From Dipteris shenzhenensis (Eukaryota), in assembly GCA_047967505.1 (NCBI GenBank), contig CM106538.1: DNA of 64,000 bases. One strand, given 5' to 3'. A program made the translations under genes and the position numbers. Positions 25,005-36,943 of this stretch are shown one piece after another (within the stretch, counting starts at the first letter, position 1; each line of letters starts with the position of its first letter). A model generated the notes under the pieces. The model ran no database searches. It saw nothing but the letters and a program-made list of their open reading frames with translations, and was not told where the DNA came from.

Positions 25005-25139
25005 TGTTGAGAGAGAAGAAGAAGAGATGATCTAGACACACCAAATAGACTCCCAAAGACTGATTCATACTGATCACTAGTTAGATATATACAGGTGAGA
25101 CCTAGTTCAAGTTAGGGTGAGCTGTATATAGCTCTAACA
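25005..25139 (-). repeat. Copia 5' LTR with adjacent initiator tRNA-Met PBS
   Basis: GCTCTGATACCA at 24993-25004 abuts TGTTGA...CTAACA. Confidence 0.92.
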
Positions 25140-26148
25140 AATTTTTGTGGAGTCATGTAGGTAAAGAAGTTTTCTTTATGTGATTGATCCTCTTATTGCT
25201 CCATGTGGGAATGTGAAAGCATGATATGCTAGTGTGTTAGATCTAAGGGAACACAAATACTGAGTGCAAGATGCTATGATCAATTGGTCGAGACTAAAAG
25301 CGGAAGGGAGATGCTGTATCAGGAGGCTTCTTATCATTAAGTCTAATTTTTCATTTCTTTTTCTTTTGCTTTAAATATTGTTGATTCTATAAAAGTGTGA
25401 ACCTTTTCCATCCTCTCTCATTATGGGTGTTCACCTTCCTGTCTAAACACTCTTCTACCTATTTATTGACCGTAGGAAGCAAAAGGAAATAACCATAACT
25501 TTCTTACCCGGTCAAAATACCCGGTGCATTATACTCTTTGAACAAGCCATCGAGGGTTGTTTTCATCAATCATGATCACAATACTCATTTGCAATGCATC
25601 TTTGATAACTTTTTCATATCAACTCAAAACCTAGCAATCAAGTGGTTGAAACAATCAGAAAGAACATTCTACGAATGATAGCGTTGTTAGATTGACGAAA
25701 ATTATGTTGCTATCTTCTCACAGTCAGATTAGTGTTAATTTTGATTACTATCCTAAAAAGGAGTCTTTGGACTCACTTGCACGTTAAAGGGCCTTTTTGG
25801 TTATGGTCTTGCAAGTTTTCTAGGGAGACCAGAGCTTCAAGTAGGATGCCTTACTCATTGATACTACTTTTGATATATATTCTCCATTCAACATGGGTGC
25901 AGATAAAGGTGTCAATAATCCTAGCCATGGTAAAATGAAAGAGGTAAACATAGTTGTGGAAATGTATGCCTTTTACCAAATATTTTTAGGAACATAATTC
26001 TTTGTCATTAGGTAAAACTTTCCACAATATAGAGTTACCAACTTGAGTGATGAGGGATGCCTTAAGAGGGGAGATAGCATCAAAAGGTGAGAATAGATTG
26101 AGTGATAGGACCATGAGAGGTAGATGCAGTGAGTAAGTGCGACACAAT

Positions 26149-26373
26149 TTTAGGGGGGTCACTCATAAAGATGTAAGAATAGCATGTGGGGCAAACAAAA
26201 GAATTTTTTAAACTCAGCTTGTCTTGGCACATTTTTTACATAAGAAGGGTACCATTAAAAGGTGGTATTCACAGATTGGATACAGAAAGGGTGCATTTTT
26301 TTCATAATTAAGGGACTCTTCAATTAGTCCTTGAATGCACATGATACAGAACTTACATAAAGTGAACCCCAAG
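26149..26373. mobile_element. Diverged MITE of the same TIR type
   Basis: AGGGGGGTCACT...AGTGAACCCCAAG; TSD GACACAAT at 26141-26148 and 26374-26381. Confidence 0.8.
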
Positions 26374-27059
26374 GACACAATTGAGTTTGAATGAGTTTCG
26401 AAATGATCAAGACAAAACTATAACAAGAGAGACCTTTGAAACCATGGGTATTGGCACAAGGGAGAGTATGAGTTTGACTTTGTAATATTTTTTCTCTCAT
26501 GCCCACGTTACAAAATCAAATTCATACTCTACCTGCTAAACTCATATTTTCTAGGAGTGTTAGAGATATAGTCTTATTGTTAAATTTTCTTGATCAACCC
26601 TCAAGAAACAATTGCCTTGATAATGGGTTCCTTTGCTACCTCGTCCTCTTCTGCCAGTATTATGTGGGCCGGATTCTCCCAACCAGCCCCTTCTCATTAC
26701 CAAATTTAAGAGGTAAGTCTTCTAATCCTCTCTCCATCTTGCCATTTGCCATCCTGACATTCAAATGCTAATCCATAAGTGCAATTGCCAAATTCCAGAG
26801 GTAAGCTTTTTATTCATTTCATCTAAGAACGTCTGCAATCTTGCATCGAACGTTTGACTAATCATATTAATCTATAATGCTTGTCTCAGAACTCCGCTCA
26901 TTCGGTGCTAGCAGCATCTGGAAAAATCTCCCGCATTGTCAATTGAAACAACATTTGACAACAAGCTAAGAAAGAAGACTTTTCACCGCTCGTAATAGTT
27001 TCTGCCCCAATCTGAGTTGAAGATATCAGTTATTTCTTTGAAGTCTATGTTGTTTCAAA

Positions 27060-28130
27060 ATGATCGAATGATTTTAAAGATCTTTCAATGAACTAACATA
27101 CATTAAAAAAAGAAATTGATAGAGCAATATGGACAAAAATATGATAAAAAATTTATGCTCTTCCTCCAAATATAGAAGAGATTCTATGTAGTTCTCCTCT
27201 GCTCAACACCATCCCTAACATGAAAGAGAATATAAAACATTTTCAAGTATGAAGAGGATGGAACTGAATTAGATAAAAATAAATTATTTCATATGAGTAA
27301 TTGTGTGACCATGTGAGCCAAAAAAAGTAACAAAAGATGTATGTTGTTCCTACAAATATAGAAGAGATTCTACGTTGTTCTCCTCAACTCAACACCATCC
27401 CTCACATGAAAGAGAATAAGAAACATTTTCAAGTATGGAGAGGATAGAGATGAATTAGATAAATATAAAAATTTTAATATGAGTAGTTGTGCGAAGATGC
27501 GAGCCAATAACATTTTCTCAAAGAAAAATCTTTGAAAGAAGACAATTCAATGAAGCACAAGCTGAAACAAATTCATGAGCAAATCTTTAAGGCAATAAAT
27601 ATTGGCTTATGTGAGCCTCGATAATCCTACGGTGAATGCAAACAATGCATTTAACTACGAATATAAAGGAGGTAGATACCGTTAAAAAAGTGAATACAGT
27701 GCATGTCACTCAACTCAAAGCAAAAGTGACACTTGTTAATATGCCACGCATGCACTCAGAGTAAAAATGTGTCTCGTAAATAGCACACAAAACAAAAATT
27801 GTTTCCTGACTGCCGTTCGATTGTGCAGATCTTGAACTATTATGTAAAGTTTGGTCCCTATAATCAAATGATTTTACAGATCTTTTAATGAATTAACATG
27901 CGTTTCAAATTGAAATTGATAGAGCAATATGAACAAAAATTAAATAAAAAATTTACGATCTTCAACCAAAAATAGAAGAGATTCTACATAGTTTTCCTTT
28001 GCTCAACACAATCCTTCACATGAAAGAGAATAGAAAACAATTTCAAGTATGAAGAGGACGCAAATGTATTTAATAACTTTTTTTTTTTCATATGAGTAAT
28101 TGTGCATTCATGTGAGACAATAAACATTCT
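27060..28130. repeat. Degenerate AT-rich local repeats (~185-bp core, three copies) downstream of the expansin
   Basis: AATA(T)AGAAGAGATTCTA...CTCAACAC...CATGAAAGAGAAT recurs at ~27168, ~27355 and ~27970. Confidence 0.7.
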
Positions 28131-28286
28131 CTCAATAAAAAATATAGATTAAAAGCTCCTCTACTCACTAAAATACATGCATTATGCTCTTGGATGCTAT
28201 GAGCTTTTGCAAACTCCAATATGAAATTGGAAATTGGAAAATTGGCAAGAGATCTTTAAAACTGATATGATCTGGCTTGGACATCT

Positions 28287-29240
28287 TTAGAACTGAGCTT
28301 TGGAGTAGAACGTCTGGCCGAATTGCCAAGTTGATGGAGCGACGTCGAAAGCGTTGATAGTTCTACCATCGCTAGTGGTGACGCTGAATGACAGAATCTG
28401 GCCCACCAAGACCTCCTTGCTTTGCCAGTTCTGACCCCAGTTCCTAGACATGGGCAGCCAGCCAGTTTTCGAGCCCTTGATCGCCACTCTCACAATGTCG
28501 CCTGCCCCTCCAACGTTGGTTATCAGGACCAGATTGAAATATGGATTACCCTTAATGGTGAATCGGATACCTCCTTGTTTTTGGCAAGGTACCCTGCACA
28601 TGACCACCGCAACTTGTCAACTCACAAACTTGATTTGCGTAAGCGATTATGCATGACGGCCAGTGGGCGAAACATTTGTTACCTTCTGTACAGCACTGGG
28701 ACGATTCCCGCTTTATATTTTGCGATCTGCTCAAAAGCAGGTTGCGCCATGTCAAAGTGCTCGAGAGGGGGGTTACACCATCCGCCTGCCGTGTTGGGAA
28801 GGTCGTAATTCGGTGGACAGAAGTTTGTAGCTGTGATAAAGATAGAGCCGGGAAGGCACCATTGGGGATCGTCGTGACATACGATCTCAAAGCACGCTCC
28901 GCAGGCGGCTCCCCCGTTGAAGAGAGCTGTGCTGAGAGCGGCAGTCTTGACTCCGTAACCCTGCGCATGAAGATCGCCATACCCGCAAGCTCCATCTGCA
29001 ACACAGTACATGGCCAATCAGGATGAGCAAACCCAAAGATCTATACTGACCAGCTTAGAACGTTGATTTCAGCAAAGTTTATTATTGCCAGGAGTGCGTA
29101 CCCATGGTCCCCGATCCATCGCTACCTCCGTAGAAGGTAACATGGGCAGGATGCCACTGTTGGTCTCCGTAGGCTGCTCGGTCGAGCAGTACAAGTGCCA
29201 ACATAAGTGAAATGATAAGTGTGGAAGGATTCTTCATCAT
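28287..29240 (-). CDS. EXPA: Alpha-expansin, 252 aa; exons 29240-29102, 28995-28683, 28593-28287
   Basis: Signal-peptide-like N-terminus, [51 protein letters not shown]. Both GT-AG introns (106 and 89 nt) splice in frame to 759 nt. Confidence 0.96.
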
Positions 29241-29671
29241 CGTTGAAGAGCTTGTGGATCTCTGATCAAGCAGGGCCTTTATGTAGGACTTGTAATGACG
29301 TCCGTCATGTCCGTCGGTCTCTTGTCTCGAGAAAAGACCGACCTCGTAGCTTTGATCCGTCTACGCCTTGATACGAGCATGGAACCCTCACCAAAATACT
29401 TTTGCCGCATAGTGCACAACCATATCTTCAAGGAAATGACGTCCACCATGTCCGACGAAACTTAGCTATGATCTGCTTGAGATTGGATCTTGTGAACTTA
29501 CGATGCCTCGGAGCAGTCTTTTAGTTTAAGAGGTCCTACGAATGCAAACCCTATGTAAAATACCTTTGTCGGACACGTAAACATAATGCATAACTCAAAG
29601 GAAATGCTCAAATTTGAAAAAGTATACGCCTAAAAGAGAATAGCCAAAATACCATATGTAACTTGCGCTTG

Positions 29672-30138
29672 TAGTGATAAGTCTTGTTATTGTTTATGCA
29701 TCCCATATGGTTGCTAATGCTACTCATAAATCTTCTCTCACCACATCTATCACATGCTTTAGCAAAATTCAAGCGTTTTGTTGGTGGAGGGGAATGAGCA
29801 CAAGTCCTATCATGAGCATACTCTAGCCATGGGCATGTTACTAGGTTTAAGGTGGTCACAAATAAAGGAGTAGCATATAATATTAAGATTAATGCAAGTA
29901 ATATAGTGATAAGTCTTGTTATTGTTTATGCATCCCATATGGTTGCTAATGCTACCCATAAATCTTTTCTCTCACCACATCTATCACATGCTTTAGCAAA
30001 ATTCAAGCGTTTTGTTGGTGGAGGGGAATGAGCACAAGTCCTATCATGAGCATACTCTAGCCATGGGCATGTTACTAGGTTTGAGGTGGTCACAAATAAA
30101 GGAGTAGCATATAATATCAAGATTAATGCAAGTAATAT
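29672..30138. repeat. Tandem duplication of ~232 bp in the expansin upstream region
   Basis: TAGTGATAAGTCTTGTTATTG... repeats at ~29672 and ~29904. Confidence 0.88.
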
Positions 30139-30473
30139 ATCAAGATTCCTAAATACGTTCAAGTGCCAAAGATTTTCAAGCCTTAACATAAGGACTTCAC
30201 TTAATTTGTTATCTCATAGGAAAGCAAGGTCAGTTAATACGTTAATAGCGTATTGGGCCAAACTCATAAAATGACAATATACTCAATTAGCCAATTTAAA
30301 AACTAGGGTCACTTATTCCAAATCACCTGATCTAAGAGGAGGTCGCAACCTCTAAATAGCCCGTCTAATCCTTTACTACAAGAATCTTAGCCTTAGATCT
30401 ACAATAGCCCGTCGGCCCATTCTAGTAGTTAGGGAGTAGGAGAGGAAATCCAATCATCAATAGTCCAATCATG

Positions 30474-30942
30474 CACAACAACACAAAGCAACTATAGATG
30501 CGCTTGGTAGACACGCAAAATAGTGGGCGTATCTATCGGCGTTGCTTTAGTAGAGGAATAACAGGTGCGTATACAAGCACATCTAATAACTCGTCTATTT
30601 GTGCATCTATTAACACGTCTATACTGCGCGTCTAATCTGAGAAAATATGGGCCCATCTAACATCGTGTTTATCAACGCGTCTATTTGCGCGTGTATTAAC
30701 ACGTTATTTACACATTTACAATGAGAATTAGACGCGCATTTAGACGCGTAGATAGATGCAAACCAGAGAATACAGAAAGTGAGATTTTGGTGTACATCAT
30801 TGCTTTCCAAACATTGCCCATGATTACCAAAGCACATTATTTTAACAGAACATCAATGCTTTTTTGCAAGCCCACATATACAAGAATTAAGTGAGGTGAG
30901 GAGAATGAGACAATATGTAAAATAGTTTTGCCAATATCAATG
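30474..30942 (-). mobile_element. Isolated family B right end between two copies of a ~350-bp flank
   Basis: Starts CACAACAACACAAAGCAACTATAG, reverse complement of ~41013-41481. Flank copies at 30125-30473 and 30939-31289. Confidence 0.88.
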
Positions 30943-32379
30943 CAAGTAATATTTCAAGATTCCTAAATACATTCAAGTGCCAGGAAGATTTTCAAGCCTT
31001 AACATAAGGACTTCACTTAATTTGTTATCTCATAGGAAAGCAAGGTCAGTTAATACGTTAATAGCGTATTGGGCCAAACTCATAAAATGACAATATACTC
31101 AATTAGCCAATTTAAAAACTAGGGTCACTTATTCCAAATCACCTGATCTAAGAGGAGGTCGCAACCTCTAAACAACCCCTCTAATCCTTTACTGCAAGAA
31201 TCTTAGCCTTAGATCTACAATAGCCCGTTGGCCCATTCTAGTAGTTAGGGAGTAGGAGAGGAAATCCAATCATCAACAGTCCAATCATGTTACAATGTTT
31301 TAAAAAGAGTCTACAAAATAATAAGCGCTACAAAATGCCAAGAGTGCGGAAGTTCAAAATGGCAAATCTGATGAAGTATTGTGCTACAAATAGCAAAAGT
31401 GCCAAAATAAAAAATGACAAAATGTCCTATCCTACTAGTACTCGTCCTCCGAACTCTCCTTGCCCTCATGATCTTTGCATAGTCTTGATCCCTTGCCCTC
31501 CTCCGAATCTTCTTCTTGAGATCCATTCTCCAAGTTTGGATCTTTGGATGGGTCGAAGTCAAAGTTGTGTCTCTAAGAACGAAACAAGTTAGAAAAGATA
31601 AGAGTGTCAATTGTAAGACTACAATGATACTCAGATGAGAATGACGATGATTAGGATATAGTCACATGGTGCTCCACCACCTTTTTCCAATCAATTCTAC
31701 ATCCTTCTTGCTCCTACCCCCCACTCAAACTAGGCCCTTTAGTTGCGGATGAAAAAACCCTTGGGGAGTACAAGGGAAAAACCCGAGCCACTATATATAT
31801 CTATGTGATAATATATATACAAGAATAAACATATGCCAATTTGAATGATACAATGTAATGCTGGATGATACAGTGCAAATTGCATGTGGATAGTACAAGG
31901 GCATAAGATAAGCACTTGTCCATAGTACAGTGCAAAGTATAGGCACTATGATTGGTGCATGATACAGTGCAAAGTATGTGTGAAAAATAGAAAAATATTC
32001 CTGGAAATCTCAACTTGTTTGACATAGTGATGATGCTTAATCAGGGCTTGAGATCTTTAAGTTCGATGTTTGAGCTCTTCATCTGAATAGTAGAGCTTGT
32101 TGTCTCCAAGTTCAATCTGGTCAAACCTCTTCAAACCTTTATAATCATGTCTTCATGTTTTGCACAATTCATCCACATAAAATGACCGATTTCATGGAGT
32201 GTATATGAACACAACAAATATTCAAGTGTCTGTTTCTATTATACCAAGGATGAATGTATGAGGAAATCACTTCGGTCACTCCAAAGATGAGTATGGAGGG
32301 GCGATTTGAACACAAAGGTAGGTTGAAAATGTCTCTTGGGTAATGTAAGAAAGCTGTAGCAACACAATAGGAAGGCCCA

Positions 32380-33560
32380 TAAAGTTCCTACAAATCAAGA
32401 ACCAATAATCCAAAAACACAACGAGCATTCCGACATCCTGAAGTATCGGATTTGATATGTACAAAAAGCCAAGGCTGAAATGTCGCTTACATAGTGTAAG
32501 AAAGCCATAGCAACACAACAGAAATGCCCATAATGATCTTGCAAATTAAGAACGAATATTCTAGAAACACAACGAGCATCTGGACATCTAAAAGTATCGA
32601 ACAATTGAGCATCCCTAAAGTATTGAACAACTGGGCAGCTAGAAGTACCGAACATCTAAAAATACCAGCCCATAATGATCCTGCAAATCAAGAACCAATA
32701 ATCTAGAAACACAATGAGCATCCACACTTTTGAAAGTACCAAACAATTGAGCATCCTAGAAGTACTGAACAACCGGGCCATCAGAAGTTATACCGAACAA
32801 CCAGAAATATGAACAATTGGGCATTCCAGAAGTACCGAACAACTGGACAGCCAGAAGTATCGAACAACAAAAAATACAACGAGAATAAGCCACACATATG
32901 ACAAGAGGCAAGCTTGTGTGGATTAGACACAGCTTACATAATCATAGCGGGAATGAAATAACAATCTCTTTGAATTTGACAGTACCGAACAATCGGAAAG
33001 ACGAGCATCTGAGATTACGAGAACATCCAAAAGTAAGCAAGAAAATGGGCATCCGGGAATGGTGATCATGCCCAAACAAGTACTCAACAGTAATGCATAT
33101 GTGCCACATCCAAATGAGTACTTAAAATATAATCCATACGTGCCATGTCCAAACGAGTACTCAAGAAGTAATCCATATCTATTCATCTGAAAGAGGTTGA
33201 GCCTTGCCATGTGCAAATGAGAATGCAATATGACCATGTCAAAATGAGTACTCAATAAGTAATCGATATGTGTACATCGTGAAAGCCAGATAAATATGTG
33301 TCACATCCAAATGAGGACTTAGTAATAATCCATGTAGCACATCCAGACGAGTAAATATGTGTCACATCCAAACGAGGAGTTAGTAGTAATAATTCATGTA
33401 CCATGTCTGGACGAGTACTCAAGTAGTTAGCCATATGCCACGTCCAAATAAGTACTCAAACAATTATCCATATGTGTTCATAAATATTGTCATGTGAAAG
33501 ACATTGAACCTTGCCACGTTGAAATGAGTATGCAATGAGTAATCCATAGATGCCATGGCC
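32380..33560. repeat. Degenerate minisatellites (~24-bp GAAGTACCGAACAAYTGRGCA-type, then ~35-40-bp CCAYRTCCAAAYGAGTACTCAA-type); repeated at 44602-45688 and 46537-47941
   Basis: Direct reading of the recurring units. Confidence 0.75.
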
Positions 33561-34332
33561 AAACCAATACTCTTTAAGTCAGCCATAGGTGTTCATCATG
33601 AAAGACATATAAGTATACCTCACCACATAAACAGCGAAATAAAAGTATGCCTTGCTTGAACCAATCACAACAAGACAAAGCACCGACAGACGCGCACACA
33701 GACGCGTTTACTGAACTTAAAAAAAAACTTACGAGCGCATCTATTTGTGTGTCTATTTTTGCATCTAGAGACCTGTGTCTAATAGCCACAACAAGACAAA
33801 GCACCGATAGACGCGCACACAGACGTGTTTACTGAACAAAATAAAAAACTTACGGGCGCGTCTATTTTCATGTCTGGAGACCCGCATCTACCAGCGCATC
33901 TATATAGCAGACACATGCGCATATATACGCACATTTAGACACTTAAATAGATGCTCTTATAAACACGTTTATCGATGCAAAAATAGATGCTTGTCGAACA
34001 GACAGACGTGTATATAGACGCGTTTATATGCGCACTGATAAACGCGCTTTATTATATTTTTTTTTAAATTTACAGAATGCATTTTAATTACAATTCCAAA
34101 TAAAACATTACAACTCCAAAACGCAATAAAATTGAAAGCTCACAAAGTGCTTGTATATACATATAGCACGAAGCTAAGCCACATCATGTGGCTTCAAGTA
34201 CAAAAAATAAGGAAGCTAAGCCATGTCATGTGGCTTCAAGTACAAAAAATAAGAGGAGTGTATATACAAGAGGCACGAAGCCAAGCCAGTGGCTTTAAGT
34301 ACAAGAAAGAGTAGCTAGCACTACTTCTATGA

Positions 34333-36056
34333 CTAATCTATGTTCTCTAGGTCCTCACTTCCTTCCACGCTCCCTTCTGCGCTCCCTTCTATGCCTCCTT
34401 CCTCGTCTTCCTCGTCGTCTTGTGCACGGGCCTGTAAACAAGGGACAAAATATATCAATGTATGAAAAATCAAATCTTTACTTATAATTTTGGCATTATT
34501 TAATTACTTTCAAATACCTCAGGGGCTGCTCCAGTAGCCGGGTATACTGCTCCTCAATAATCAACCCGTCATCATAGAAGTGCCTCCATGTATCTCCCGT
34601 GCGATGGTGACGATGGTAGGTTGTCTCCACAAGAGTAGGGTATCTGCCCACGATCTCAAACTGCAAGATGACACAATTTGCGGAGGGATTCGTACAAAGA
34701 AACAACCTCCTAATAAACTACATAAGCAATATAATTTGAGATCGATACTTACAAATTGGGCCTCCCATGATTCAACACCCCCTGCTCCAAAATGCGTGCT
34801 TCCATATTCCTCCATCTGGATCCTTTGTGCCTCCATGTGCTGCAGACTGGGGTCCTCCCTCGCTGACTTCATTGCTTTCTTCCACTCATGCTTGTGAGCC
34901 GTGTGGGGTGGGCCCCTTGGTGGTTGACCTCCCTCAAGCCTGGCAAGCTCCGCTAGTGCCTGCCTCTTAAGTGAAGATCTTTTATTGCCAAGTATCATAA
35001 CAATCTTTGACTTGGCCCATTTATCTATGAACTGGCGATTGGGGGGGTTAGGATACCTAGAGTGAATAGCAACGAGGGTCTCATCAGCCAACCTCTTTGG
35101 CTATTCTTTGAAGTGGATAAAGCAATCTCTGTAATTGTTAGCAATTACAGAGTGCATGAAGGCCATGATGTCCGATCCTTCCCACGCGCATCCATCCAGA
35201 TGCCTCCTGTCTGAGTGATGTCATAGAATATCGTACCATCACCCAGAGGCACATCTAAATCATCTGAATCATCATCGTCCCCACCGCCACCCCTCCCAAA
35301 GCACTGTGCCATGCATCCCCCACCGCTCTCCTTGCTACTACCTCGGGGGGGTCACTCATCATATGTAACCCTATCACGTGAGTTCAACAGAAGGATATTT
35401 TTTATTTCTAAAATTTACAAAAATAAATATACATAAGGGACTATTAAAAATAGTTTTGGAAAAAATTTACAGATTTGTATAGAAAAGGGGTACATTTTAT
35501 TAATGAAAAATTTTACAGATAAGGGATTTTAAATATAGGCCTTGAACGCACGTGATATAGAGGGTTTATACATAGTGACCCCCCTGAGGCTACTACGCCT
35601 GCTACCGTGTCGTGTCGAGCTCGTACGCTGGCCACTCATAGCTGGAGACTGCACAGGACTACGCTAACCACTTGTAGCTGGAGAACCGAGTCTCGACTGC
35701 ACAGGAGTATGTCGACAGCTCTGCGAGACAGAAGGACCTCCTGATAGCATGGGGGAAGGGGCATAAGACGGCATGGTAGAAGGGGCATAAGACGGCATGG
35801 GGGAAGGGGCATAAGATGGCATGGGAGATGTGCTTGCGTAGTGTAGCCGGCTGGGCTGTGCTGACTCCGCTGGGGTGATCTCAGCTGGTGTGGGGTGGTT
35901 TGGAGTCTATAGTGCCGACTCCTGTGGGGTGTTTAGAGTACCGTTCATATACCCGTATAACTCCGCAGGACTAGGAGGGTGCCCTAAAAGGTTATATAAG
36001 TCCCTCCAAATAGCATCCCGGGGATTAGGTGAGCTGGAAGCGCTTCCTGGCCACAT
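34333..36056 (-). pseudogene. Family B second gene, B2 copy, interrupted by a MITE
   Basis: RYPNPPNRQF and GSTHFGAGG motifs; colinear with 15131-16567. Confidence 0.72.
35342..35588. mobile_element. MITE, near-identical to 24714-24959
   Basis: CTCGGGGGGGTCACT...AGTGACCCCCCTGAG; TSD GCTACTAC at 35334-35341 and 35589-35596; empty site in B1 at ~16100. Confidence 0.93.
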
Positions 36057-36943
36057 GTTGAACTGGAAAAAAGAAAAAAAATATATTACTGATGAGCTGA
36101 GAAGAAAGGGGAAGGGAAGAGAGAATCGGGTTACTGTCGGAGCGCGTCTATAGATGCATCTGATTAGCGCATCTATTTTCGCATATAATAGCGTGTCTAT
36201 AGATGCGGATGTCTGTGTCTGGAAACAGCCTAGACGCGTGCTTAGATGCACCTGTAGACGTGGTTTTAGACGCGCTCTGAGATGCGCCTATAGACGCGCT
36301 TCGACAGACGGACTTTTCTAAAAAGTAGAAAAGGACATTGCGCCCGACACACAAACGTGACACTGATACCCATATCATGCATTTTTTGGATACGAGAAAG
36401 TACAAATCCAAATAGAGTTGGATACGAGAAAGTACAAATCCAAAGAGAGCAAACTTCCAAAAAAGATCAACTGCAAAAAGACTTACCTTGAATAGAGATA
36501 TGGAAGGTTCTTCTCCTTTTTCAAAGTTGCAGCTTCTCCTCCTTGTTCGCCCTCCTCTCCTTTAAGCTTGGAAGTAAGTGTGGGTACCTTCCTCTTGAGT
36601 GTAAGCTTGGAAGCAAGTGTGGGTGCCTTCTTGTTAAGCGTCAAAACTGTGGATCAGCTAATAACGAAGCAAGCAAGCCGCGCAAAGTATAAGTAATGTG
36701 AAAAAAAGCAAAGCGAGCGTGCTAAAAGCAAGTTTAAAAGCCGCATCTACAGGTGCATCTAATAGCACGATACACACATCTAAATACACAGTCTAGATGC
36801 GGTTTTAGACGCCGTTTTAAACGTGATTTTAGACGCGCACCACAAAACAAACAGACGCTCTTTTAGATGCACCTTTAGACGCGCCACAGAGTTTAAAATT
36901 AAACATTTGAAGAAGAGCAAATTTTTTTGGGTTTGTTTGTAGG

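Larger units (their letters stand above)
12435..25139 (-). mobile_element. Ty1/copia LTR retrotransposon with ~135-bp LTRs, decayed; contains B1 and a MITE
   Basis: LTRs at 12435-12567 and 25005-25139 (TG...CA). 5-bp TSD AATTT (12430-12434 and 25140-25144). PBS TGGTATCAGAGC at 24993-25004. PPT-like tract from 12568. Domain order gag-PR-INT-RT-RH. Confidence 0.95.
11790..25730 (-). mobile_element. Internal region of a non-coding LTR element that hosts the copia (11790-12434 joined to 25140-25730)
   Basis: Both flanks are colinear with 48340-49575, where the empty site CATCTAAATTT-TTATGGAG is uninterrupted (~48941-48959). Confidence 0.75.

Noticed and set aside
28422-29026. Antisense ORFs overlapping the expansin, and similar ones over the transposases
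   Set aside because: Shadow ORFs of real coding sequence with no motifs of their own.
32380-33560. Regularly spaced repeats resembling a CRISPR array
   Set aside because: Degenerate tandem units without unique spacers, no cas genes, eukaryotic context.
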